NCBI GenBank assembly: GCA_028534125.1
Contig: CM052817.1
Location: 90,460,001-90,524,000 of the forward strand
Reading direction: 5' to 3'
Length of the DNA stretch: 64,000 bases
Source of the DNA: Lama glama
Lineage: Eukaryota
Below are positions 12,970-24,510 of the stretch, in pieces. The translations under genes were made by a program, and so were the position numbers. The notes beneath the pieces were generated by a model. That model was not told the DNA's origin. It searched no databases and saw nothing but the letters and a program-made list of their open reading frames with translations. Every line of letters starts with the position of its first letter. Position 1 is the stretch's first letter.

Positions 12970-13570
12970 CATAGAGATACACGACCAGGAAGGCAGTGTG
13001 AGGAATTTTAGTTGGTAAAAATCACCAAAAAAGTGTCTCGGAAACTGTTCTAGGGACATACATCAAATGAAGACAACTTGATTCAAAAGTCTGTTTCATC
13101 TTGATAGGGACAATAAGAGCCTGGGGCACTTGAGGCATGACCTGCTCACCCTGTCCCCTCCACAGGTCAGCTAATGGGAGATGCACTCAGGTGGGTGTGG
13201 CCAAGAAGAGGGAACTCCATTGCCCCTCGGGTCAAGGGCTGTACAGCCCCCCCAGACAGGCAAGCTTCTAGTGTTTCCCACCGCCCCACAGCCTGTGTCA
13301 GGCTAAATGCCAGATGAGTGCAGATAAGGGGTTGCGGGCTCTCCAAGCAGCCCCCACTTTTTGGCAGAGGCTCTAGCCCAGGCACAGGGGGCTGAGAACA
13401 TGGGGGTCTCTGTCGTCCTCACCCCAGCTCCTTCAGTGGGTGGAGGCTTCGGGTTAGGAGAGGTAAGCCAAAAAGGTCAAAACTGCCCGTCCTGCCCAGT
13501 GCCCTGCCCATAATGCAGGAGGTCATGCCGAAACAAGTAGGTCACTGTTCCAGCTCTGCAACAGTGGCTC
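12970..13570 (+). mobile_element. Ancient L1M 5'UTR fragment
   Basis: 'gaaactgttctagggacatac...ttgattcaaaagtctg...gagcctggggcacttgaggcatgacctgctc' and 'cagctctgcaacagtggctctgagtttt' resemble old L1M 5' ends. Subfamily not determined. Confidence 0.55.
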
Positions 13571-14282
13571 TGAGTTTTGTACAGAGAAGAGGCAGAAACA
13601 CAAACAAAGCACACAGAAGGTCCCTCCGAAGGAAACGTCACACGGTCCGTTTGGCAAAGCAGGCTGTGCACCACTGGCCCTGGTACAGAGCCTGGTCTGT
13701 CCTGAGCCTCACTCAAAGCTGGCCACTTACTGGGTCGCTCAGTAAATGGGTCAGAGTAACACTCACAAAGGAGTCATGTGTTGTTTTCAGAACCCAAAAA
13801 TGCCTGCTTAGATATTGTTCCTTTTTCTGGGTGGTTGGATGAGTCAGATGCTATAACCTGCCCTTCACCTTGAAAGGGCTATCTCAGCACGCCCTTCTAT
13901 AGCTGGATGCCTAGAAATTTCTCCAAGCTAGCAGACGATTTGGGGGCATTTTATTTCTCACCATCATTCACGTATCTCACCAATATGTTTAGACTGGTTG
14001 CTATTTCCCGCACACCAGCCCAAGCAGAGGTATGTAATTGCCGTAATGGACAAGGCTATTGTCCTGTGGAACAGAACTGCAGGGGATCCCTGTGGCACAG
14101 ACTGTAACATAGGAAGTTCATATATCCCTGAGGTAGGACAGTGGAAGTGTATCATCAGCCCTGCCAGCTGAAAATATATTACTGCTTGCATTTTTTGTGC
14201 AGGTGAATAGCTATATACCAGGTAGCTATATACTGTCTCTTACGATAAGCATGTCTACTTTGACAATTAATTGCCTTCACTA

Positions 14283-14702
14283 GGATAGATACGTAGATAA
14301 GGCTATAAATACAGATGAATATTAAGCAATGTTCCACAATGACAAATGAAAACCCACATCGGTTCTATATGCTTGTGTGACCTTGGTGATATGAGTGTCC
14401 TACAGAGGCTAGGACCCTTCTTCACGGTGCTGAGTACACACACTTGGCCCAGGAGTCAGAGAAGCTGACACAGGATCGAGCAGAAGGTGGAGTATTAGCA
14501 GCCCCACTACTGCCTCCCACCCACGAGATGCCCCAGCAGGTCAGTGACATGTGCAAGATACGGCTACTGCTTCACCTCCCGCCTCCTCATCTCCCACACA
14601 AATCTCTCCTAATCTCATCCTAACCAGAAACATACAGGAAAAGCAATTTTAGGAAGTTAGTTCATCCTGGCCAAGGTGACACCTTACAAAGCCACCATCA
14701 TA
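14283..14702 (-). mobile_element. MLT2 (ERVL) LTR relic
   Basis: Ends 'ctaaccagaaacatacaggaaaagcaattttaggaagttagttcatcctggccaaggtgacaccttacaaagccaccatca', visibly homologous to 12120-12250. Left boundary approximate. Confidence 0.65.
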
Positions 14703-17269
14703 TCATTAACACTCCACTCTGCAGGAGGTGACATTCAGAGCAAAACGAGGCTTCTCATGCCAATTCTGGGAGAGACAACAAAAATGAGATGAGCTGGCTT
14801 CATTACAAAGGGAGTGGGAGGGATAAAATTGGAACTTCCAGAAGGGAGACGTAAAAAAGGAACAAGAAAAGACTCAAAAGATCCCTCTAGCATTGATTCA
14901 AAGTAGTCTCCACATTGAGTAAACATGACCTGATGGGAAGAGAAAAAGTCTGCACTCTGGATACATTTCGAATACATTTCTAATCAGCCAGAGTAAGACT
15001 AGGTTCTTTCAGATGATGAGCTGAATCTATATGCCTTGTCCAGCCTTGAGGGTTTTTATTAGCATATTTATAATTAGGATACAAAATGCGCTTCTCTTCT
15101 ACAAAGTGTCCCTGCAGACATACCCTCTGAGGAACTTCTTAGGCCGGAGCACTACTTGGTGCAAAACCCTCGACACAACTCAGGTAACTTCTGACCTCTA
15201 CTAGCAATGTTGCTGGGACCAGGGTTTATGCCATAGCGAGGAAACTAAGTTAAAGCAGTTGGTCTACAAAATTATTAGCACCAGGGTAAAACTGCCCTGA
15301 TCATTACAGGACTCGGAACACAAAGAGAGTCACCAGCAGGTGAAAGGGTGTGTGGAGCTCCCCAAACAGCAGTTCTGAGCATGGTGCGCTGAGCCACTTT
15401 CGCTATCTCCTCACCAACTCTGAAGACAGAGCCCGTGTGATCGGTATGGGAGGGAAAGGCGTTAAGGAGCAAATTTTATTATCTACAAAGTCGCAGAAGC
15501 AAAAGTAATTTAGGCATGTTACTTAGAAAACTTAAAGTTCAGGGTCCAAAAGTTTTATAAGACTAGAAATATTGAAATACTGACATTCTAAAAGAGATAT
15601 AAAGCAACAAATGAGAAAAGATACAGTATATTTTGTCAACTCATTTCAATGCACCCTAAAATGTGACAATGGAAATGACACATTTCAGTCACGTATAGTT
15701 AAATTCCCTCATGCCTAGATGTAGAAAGAACAATGAAAATTTGGTGGGATACCTTTAAGGCCACTTCAAGAATGCATTAGGGGGCTCATGAGAATCTTTC
15801 ATTCTGAGTTTAACAGGCAGATAAAAAAAACAGGTACAACCAAATGTATAGTCAACCATTCCAACTACTCAACCACATCCACTTGGTCAATGGCTACCCA
15901 ACAGACTTCACACTCATCAAAGGGGTTTCCAAAGCAAAGCCACTTCTTTTGGGGTCAATATCCTCCTCCAGACTCATCAAAGTGATTTAAAAGCGTATTT
16001 AAGTCAAGTTCTCCTTCCCTCTCATCACACTGGAGCACCTTGTTAAACAGCCAGTAGCAGTAAAGGAGCATTTAACAATCTGTTTCACATACACCTCTTT
16101 TCCAGCCAAATTGCACTTTGTATCAAGTTAAAACAGAACCTCTTTGGATTCTCAACAAACACAAAGTGAATATTTTATGATTTGTGCCGTAGTTACAGTG
16201 TGTTGCCTTTTCTTCATTAGCATATATATGGACGCCTTTCTTTCATGGCACGTTATTATTGTTGCAGTAATTCAATAAAAGTATCCTCAACATTTACACT
16301 GTGGAGCATTTTTATGATTTATACCAACAGAACAGCACACACAGCGCTGTACATCTGCTTTCAAAGTCATCGCTTTATTTCACATTCTCATATCCCTTTT
16401 AAGAATGAGAAAGATTGTAGTTTTGGAGCAATGCCTTTCCTTTTCATCATTTCTGTCTCTCTATGCATTTCATTCTTTTACATACTTTGTTCCCCATAAT
16501 GATGCTCCAGTCAATACTGTTGAATGGTGGCGATTTTTTGCTGAAATCTCTCATGACAGAGTAACAAATTAGCCTCTTTATCCACTCCACTGGATTTTTA
16601 TCATTAAAAAAAAAAAAGCAACACTTTCCCGTTTGGTCACTATCTAGACTTGCACTCAGCCTCTTCAAAATGACTCAAATAGTCAAAAGCATAAAACAGG
16701 TTTGGTCAAGTAAGACATTCTATGAAACCTTAAGGTGCAGTCTGAGTGCTGAGCAAACATACCTGCAGGGGAGGCCAGTGGCTGAGGTCCGGCCTGGGCT
16801 GCTGGCTAGTGAAGTGAGCGGCACTTGTGAGGCCAGTACTCTGAGCGTCACCTTTTACTGTTTTCCAACGGATTCCTAGGGAATCTTGCACAGATACCTA
16901 CAAGAGAAAGGGAAAGACTAGTAAGTATTGTGTTAATATCAAGGTATTGTGAGAAACTGAGAATGCCAGCCCTACATTAATAGGACATCCTTTCCCTCAG
17001 CTAAAAACTTCAGAGAGGACAAACATTAGGAACCACACAAGGAAAGGGAGAGTGACATCAGAGCTGGGACACCCCGAGAGCAGCAGTGTGGTTCAGATCA
17101 GTGTCCCCGTCAGAGTCACATGGACAGTAGGTAAGGACAGGAACACAAATGCCCAACACCATTTTCAGAAAGATTATTTTAAAGGCTACAAAAGGGAATC
17201 AATAAAACCTTCAGGATTCCACCGATGAAGCAATGATGTAGTTGGCGGTGGTGAAAGTAATCATTGACG

Positions 17270-17530
17270 ATACTTAGAAAATTTTTCAAGTTTGTCAAGA
17301 GGTATTCTCAATAGTTTACATAAATTATCTCATTTGATACTCAAACCACCTCTTTGAGGTAGGAACAATTAGTATCCTCTTTTTAAGATGAAGAAATTGA
17401 GAGGCAGGGGCTAAGTCATTTACCTGTGGTTTACATAGCAAAAAACAAAAACAAAAACAAAAACAAAAAAAACCAGAACACCGAGCTTTGAAAAAACAGC
17501 CTGTTCTAGCTGCAGTCTGTGCTTCCACCA
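17270..17530 (-). mobile_element. MIR SINE interrupted by a (CAAAAA)n tract
   Basis: 'ttatctcatttgatactcaaaccacctctttgaggtagga...agatgaagaaattgagaggcagggg'. (CAAAAA)n at about 17438-17473. Confidence 0.75.
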
Positions 17531-19184
17531 CTGCAGAATCCCTGGCAGGGAAAGGGGAGGCTTGGGTTACTACTCCTAGGGCCTCCCCTGTCAGTGTTCA
17601 GTCTTTTTGAGATCACTGTTATTGTTACTTAGATAGATCACCTCGAGAAGTATTTCCCCGGTCTTCTATGCACCCTGAGAAAACACAGGTGGGTAACAGA
17701 AAGTATAACTTAATCATGGTGGTCAGCAAAAGTCCTGCCTGTTCTCTCATTTTATCATTCACTCATCCATGTATTCATTCACTCATTCATTGAAGAAGGT
17801 ACCCACTCTCTCCCCAATTCACCCTAGTTGTGCCCAAATGGTAACCATGTCACCCACAAGCACTTGCAGGCCCAAATGCCCACTCCTTCCCTAGGAGAAG
17901 CCATGTTCTCATCGGCTTGTAAGAGCGCTTGCTTCTCAATTGCTAACACAGTCAGCTCGGAAAAGCTCAGAGTCCAGAATTCCTCTGCTTCTACAATACT
18001 GCTATCATTCTCTGTGCTCCTAGTGAAAATACTTCAATATAAAAATAAAAGGCACAATGCTATTGGAACTAGTAATGTTGATAATCAGTATTTAAGAAAG
18101 TGTTTTCTTCTATAACATTGCTCGACAACCAAGTCATAGAAACACAAACTCAAAAAGGTTTTGATTTTTCATCATGCATTCCAAATGCTATATGAATAAA
18201 TACCAGGGTTGAAAGAGGAAAAAGTACAATTCCCTAAGTGAACTGACAACTCTACAAGTGTTAAGTGACATTCAGACTTGTTTATATGTAAAACACATTC
18301 ACAAAAAGATAAGAATTACCCTTTTCATCAGTACCTACTTTTTCCAACACAGTTCTACCCCCTAAAATGTACTGATTGGAAACCAAAATGAGTATAGTTA
18401 TAAACATGTTAATGTTTATGCTGTTTTACCAGCAGGTAACTTAGTTGATCTGCAATGGAAATAAACCTACAATTTACCTCCTCATTTTTCTTCACACCAC
18501 CTAATTTTGAAGATGCAGAATAAATTAAAGGTCACTCAGTGACTCATAGCTAAAATCCTCAAGGTTAATCCTGAACACCTACTATCTGATAGATTGAACC
18601 AGTCACGCTCTGGGCTCCATTATTGTTAAAATGTACCTGAATCCGTTTAAGTGTTTTAAAATGCAGCGACTATAACCCTTCCTGCAAGTGTTTCACTGCT
18701 TTTTCCCCAAAGTTAAGCTCTCCGGGGAGCTGACACCGAGTAGCTGTTCCACACTTCACAAAGGGAGTACCAGTTGCCAGACTTGAAATTGCTGCTGGGA
18801 TTACAACCAATTCCCAAACCACCCTGCAGCAGAAACAAACAGCTAGCTAGGCTCATATGTTAAAATAGCAAGATGAGATTGAAGAGACTGAAACCTTTAC
18901 TTTGCAGAATCCTTTGAGGCAACTGTCGGGTAACATGGATAAGACCTGAAATTAAGGGGATTTATCTCTAAGAGTGACTGGAGAGAAAGGTAAGGACTTG
19001 CAAACAGGACCAAGAAAATGAGATGGCTGATCATTTTAGAAGATTTTGTTAACAGATTTAATAAGGCATTCTTTATTATAATATGTATCACATATTACTA
19101 TATGGTTTAGTTATTTTTGCAATGTTTATATTCAAAATAGGCTCTAACATGCATATGAGACAGGATGGAAGGGGGCAGGAGAGA

Positions 19185-19837
19185 TGATGCAGGAAAACGG
19201 ATGTGGGGCATGAGGAGGGCTGTGTCCCAGGTCTCGGTTGAGCCCCTGGGACGTGCCCCGCCAAGTGTGGGTCCTTGGCTTCGCACAGGAAAGAATTCAA
19301 GTGCGAGCCACTGTTGAGTAAAGGCAGATTTATTTAGAGGGATACTGCATTGAGTGTAAGGCAACAGAAAGGCAAGGAAAGAAGTGTGGGAATCAGGTGC
19401 TCACGTTAGAGTAAAAGAAGGTACACACTCCATAGACAGAGTGCGGGCCATCTCCCAAGGGGAGGGAGCGAAAAAGAGGCCACTAGGCGTGGTGTTGCCA
19501 GTTTTTATGGTCTCAGTAGCTTCACACGCCTCCAAGTGGCACCATTCCAACTGCCCAGGGGAAGGAGCTGAGGTTACCAGGAACTGGGCCACCGCCCATT
19601 CTTTGGCCTTTCGCAGATAGCCTTGGGACTGTCACAGCGCCTGCAAGTATGTTACTGATCACGCTGTTACAATGAGCATATAATGAAGTTCAAGATCTAC
19701 TAGAAGTCAAACCTCTTAATCCTCAAGATCAACTAGGAAATGAATCTTCCACCATTTTGGTGAATCTTTCACCATTTTGGTGTTAAATTGCTGTCATTCC
19801 TTGAGTGGCTGTGCCCTGCCCTCTTCCATCCTGGCCA
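19185..19837 (-). mobile_element. ERV1-type solo LTR (same family as 20904-21548)
   Basis: Its reverse complement aligns end to end with 20904-21548. It has TG...CA ends, minus-strand AATAAA (19329-19334) and CATAAAAA (19502-19509), and an internal 20-bp tandem duplication at 19741-19780. Confidence 0.88.
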
Positions 19838-20903
19838 TCCATAGCAGTGGTCACTCCCATCTGTTTGTTCATCTTTGCGTGCTTGTAGATCCCAAGGAGG
19901 CTATGCATTTGATACTTAAGTTGATAAAAATTTAAGACATCATCTTGAACACAGCAAGGCTAGAGTTTAAGTGATGTGCTAAATCAGAAAGTGGCCAGAT
20001 GGTTATTCTTAAAATTACAAACTCATATAGTTCTGTCATTGTCTGGGGACTAATCACTGGATGTTATTATTGATGAGCCCTTGAAAGGAATTTTTGCCCA
20101 TCCTTGGCCCTTCAGGTAAGCATTCAGCATTACTTCAGCATTTAGGACTATTTCAAACAAAAATGCATTTGTCCTTCGTCTACAGAACTCCAGGGAAGTA
20201 TCAGGCACAGTCCTCTTCAATAAATCATGCTGTTAATAATATTACCCCGTACTAAATTTGTATGAGTGAATTTATTGACTAATTGGCAATATGTCAATGG
20301 GAGAATTTAATCTTCAATGTATTCAAAAGGCAGCAGACTTTGAAGTTACTATCAAAAGCTTAAAGTCTTCTGGGTATGTTAAAAATTCAGTTAAAACTTT
20401 AAAAAGTTAAAGCCTAGGAAAACTTCAAGGCTCCCTCTATAGATTGTTTGAGCGTTGTTATTACAATCCTTGAAAATTCAGGTATAGTGTAGAAAAATTA
20501 AACTCTGGTTAAGGTCTATTAATTATAATGCAATGCCTCAGCCAAACAACAGCTTGGCCTTAAATCAATACCCAATTAAATACTTCCTGCAGTTCTAGCC
20601 ATTAATTGCTCTGCAGCTTAGAAAATAACATTCTAACTGCTTGTAGAAAGGTAATCAAAATTGGTGTGTGAAACTTAACTTTGGCTCCTTTGTGATTATC
20701 TTTCCTCAACAAGGAAGATTAATTTCTTCAGTGACTTACAGTCCATACCTTTCAAATCCACTCAAAACTACTGAAAATTAAAAACAGTAGCAAGCCATAG
20801 ATTGTTTTTCAATTTGTCTTATAAAACGAATACCACAAAACAGCATTCTTAATCTTCACAATGAAAAGTATTATCATTTCTACATTAGATCTTTAGTAGC
20901 CTA

Positions 20904-21548
20904 TGAGGCAGGAGGGAGGGGGGGCAGGGCACAGCCATTCAAGGAAAGGACACAGCAGTTAACACCAAAAAGGTGGAAGATTCAACCCCCAGTGGGCCTT
21001 GAGGCTCAAAATGGTGGGAGATTCGACTTCTAGTAGACCTTGAGCTTCATTATAAACTCACTGTAACATATTAGCATGATAAATAACATGCCCACAGGTG
21101 CCATGACAGTTCCAAGGCTAGCTACAAAAGGTGAGAGTGGGCAGTGGCACAATTCCTGGGAATCCCAGCCCCTTCACCAGGGTGGTTGAAATGGTCCTCC
21201 CACCTGTTAGCATATGAAGCTACCAAGCCCATGAAAACTGGCAACACTGTGCCTCGCCGCCACCTCTCTCGCTCCATCTTCAGAGATGGCCTGCACTCTG
21301 TCTACTTTACTTTAACCTGAGCACCCAACCCCCACACCTCGTGGCCCTTCTCTGGCTTTCTGAAACAGCCCACACTCCATGCAGTATGTATTTCTCTAAA
21401 TTATTCTATCTTTACTCAACTATGGCTCGCTCTTGAATTCTTTCCTGCACGAAGCCAAGGATCCACACTTGGTGGGGTGTGTCCCAGGGGTTCAAATGAG
21501 ACCCGGACAGGGCCCTCCCCACGCCCCACATCTGTTTTTCCTGTATCA
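20904..21548 (+). mobile_element. ERV1-type solo LTR
   Basis: Starts TGAGGCAGG and ends CCTGTATCA. Flanked by ccta/ctta (4-bp TSD, 1 mismatch). No PBS or internal sequence follows. Confidence 0.88.
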
Positions 21549-22839
21549 CTTATACACTATCAGATGGAAAATGTTGGAGGGGTAGCATCTTCTAGCTGCT
21601 GCTGGCATGGGAACATTTACTGTTTAAATAGGAATCGCTATCTCGCTCTGCAATGAGGAATCACCTTTCAGCTCAACTGTAAGCACAAACCAAGTCATCC
21701 TGACAAAGGTGATTTACTACGACCCTCTCGCTGATGCATCACCCAGAACGTGATTGTATAGCAGGACAAGGCAGAAACAGAGGAGGGAGATGTGGGATTA
21801 AGGGTGTTTGCTTTAGACAGAGTTGCAGAACCTAGAAACACGTAGAAATCGTCACCAAGTCTAAAGAAGAACATAACCGAGAAAAAACAATGCAAATATA
21901 AACCCCATGCAGGCAGGGAATATCAAATGTTTTCAAATTCAATGACTAAGAAGTCAGGAAGCAAGATTTTAAAATAAAGTAGTATCTCAGCCCTACACAG
22001 CCTGGGGCAAGGGAGGGAGGAGAGCTGTGCAGGAGGACAATGCAGACAGAAGAGAAGCACCTGGAAGAGGAGCCCTTTCCTTTCCCACACGTGTTCCTGT
22101 TTTAGCGTGCTGTATGGTGTCTTTTTTTACTTATAGCAAGTTTGATACTTATGCATTCTGATTCAGATGGGCAGAAACATAACTTTCCTTATTTCTCCCC
22201 GCTGCGTTCAACCTGCTCTCTGAGCTTCCTTTTAAAAAAGTAATACAGACTTCCAGTTCCCTGTTCCACACAAGAGAAGTTTGCAAGTTGCCATTCTGTC
22301 CTAACAAGAAGTGAAAAGCTGAACCAAGTAAAAAACCAACAACTCTTCTTAGACCCCTAAGTGAAGTGAGGTCACAGGGCAAACTGCTGCTACCAAATTC
22401 ACTGACAGGCGAAATCAAAGAATCACAACTTACCGGCGCAGAAGCCCAGGAGCAGAACCCTCAGTGGGAACCAGTGCCGGGGTATGAAAACCTGCACTGT
22501 AACTGACGAGTTGCTCGTCTGTGTGGACAAGTCTGAGAGATGAAAACTCCAGGGGGACCCAGTCACTGAGAGGACCCCACACTTTCGTGAGTGTGACCTT
22601 CTGGAGGTCTACCGGGGTGTGACAGCAGGGGGCAATCCTCTCCTGCCTTTAGCAGCGGACGGGAGGAGGCCATTTTGAAGTACACCAGAGCGTTCTGATT
22701 TTCTTAACAAGGTCTGCCCTCAGGAGAAGCTATTTAACCAGAGCGTCACCTGCTGGGCTTCATCAGTGTCTAACTGACCTGGGGGAAGGGAGGTTCCCAG
22801 TTCCAGCCCACTCTTGCCTCCCTGTCCCGCCTGAGGGGT

Positions 22840-23499
22840 TGAAGATAGGGAGATGGGGGTGTTGGGCAGTTACATGGAAAGGAGCACCCGGGCAGGGGAG
22901 AGGAAGGGGGAGGGAGCAACCCAGAAAATAACAGTACACACATGCTTAGAACAAGGGGCTCCAAAAACTTACTTTCTCTAAATGAGGGCCAACAAAGAAG
23001 CCGACTAGGATGGAACACTGCGGCTGCGCAATAGAGAGAAGGGCCCGGCTTTAACCGACCCAGCGCTCAATAATTAACATTGCAGTTTGAGCCCCTCCCG
23101 TAGGTTTTTTTCCATGTGCATCATGGGTAAGAACATGCGCAAAAGACATGGGCGTGCCTGAGCACAAGGCACAGGAGCTGTCAATCAGCCTGAGCACCAG
23201 CAACCTGCGCTGTCAATTAGGCCGAGCACGCAAAGAACCTGAGCCGTAAATCAATCAATCAATCACGAAGAGGCCCGCCCCCTAATCCAGGATATAAAAA
23301 CAGGAAAAACAAAGGAGCAGTGCCATTTGTCCTGTCTTAGATTGGCCTGCTTCCAATTCTCGGGAGTGTACTATATTTTATTACCTTTTTACTTTACTAA
23401 TAAAATCTTGTTATATCACGCTTTCTGTCTCATTAAAAATTCATTTTTTTCGGGTGACTAAGAACTGAGGTAACTCTTATTCCCTTCCTCCCAGTAACA
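22840..23499 (+). mobile_element. Young ERV1-type solo LTR (660 bp) nested in the L1 5'UTR
   Basis: TG...CA ends and perfect 4-bp TSD GGGT (22836-22839 / 23500-23503). GC box ggcccgccccc (about 23272-23282), TATAAAA 23293-23299, AATAAA 23399-23404. Many CpGs retained. Confidence 0.92.
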
Positions 23500-23675
23500 G
23501 GGTGTGTAATTGAAAAGCACATGTGAAACTCGCAATCAAGAAACACAGGCTCACTGAAAGGACTGAGACCTAATCAAGGGCTATAGCATGCTTCCCCTCC
23601 CCCAGAACTCCCCCCACATTACTAATGGCCTATTGACAATATAGTTCCTTTTGCTCAGCATACTACATCTGGTTA

Positions 23676-23718
23676 CAAAAACAAAACAAAACAAAACAAA
23701 ACAAAACAAAACAAAACA
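23676..23718 (+). repeat. (CAAAA)n pentanucleotide microsatellite
   Basis: About 8 tandem CAAAA units read directly. Confidence 0.95.
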
Positions 23719-23865
23719 TATTACAAGGTGAAATCACACTTTGAAGAGACACAGCAAGCATTAGAAACAGATATGGTAGGGACATTGAAATTATCAGACC
23801 AGGAACTTAATTATTATTAAGATTTTAAGCATTTGAAAGGATAAAGTAGACAGCATGTAAGACAG

Positions 23866-24510
23866 ATGGGCAATATAAGCAGAGATGGAAATCCTAAGAC
23901 CCAAAAAGAAATGCTAGAGAATAAAAACACTGTAACAGAAATGAAGACTGCCTTTAATGGGTTTATTAGTAGATTGGACACAGGTGAGGAAAGAATGCCT
24001 GCAATTGAGCATATCTTACTAGAAACTTCCAAAACTGAAAAGCAAATAGAAAAAGACTGAAATAAAGACAAATAGAAAGGAACATACACAAACTACAGGA
24101 CAACTCCCAAAGGTGTAACAAACATGTAGTGGAAACAGGAAGAAGAAAAGAGAAATTAACAGAAAAAATACTGGAAAAATAATGATCGAGAATTTCCCCC
24201 AAATTAATATCAGGCACCAAAGTACAGATCCACAAAGCTCAGAGAATGCTAAGCAGGATAAATGCCCCCAAAATGTACAGCTAAGCATATCATTTTCAAA
24301 CTGCATAAAATCAAAGATAAAGAAAAATTCACCATGAGAATAAACACGTTACTGACAGAGGAACAAAGAATTACATCTGACTTCTCAGAAACCAGCAAGC
24401 AAGAAGAGAGAGGAATGCAATATTTAAAGTGCTGAGAGGAAAAAAACCACCAACCCGGTGACCTGTATCCTGCAAAATCATCCTTCCAAAGTAAGGGACA
24501 AATAAAGACT
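23866..24510 (+). pseudogene. Degenerate L1 ORF1p (coiled coil, RRM, CTD)
   Basis: ORF 23866-24060 reads KEMLENKNTVTEMKTAFNGFISRLDTGEER (ORF1p coiled coil). Later frameshifted pieces read EKIMIENFP, IFKVL and LYPAKSSF..KGQIKT, which are conserved ORF1p motifs. Confidence 0.85.

Noticed and set aside
19185..21548. Degenerate provirus bounded by two LTRs
   Set aside because: The LTRs are inverted rather than direct, the plus copy has its own TSD, and the spacer shows no PBS, gag or pol.
23157..23265. CRISPR-like repeats of about 32 bp
   Set aside because: They are contiguous imperfect tandem units without spacers inside an LTR U3, and no cas genes are present.
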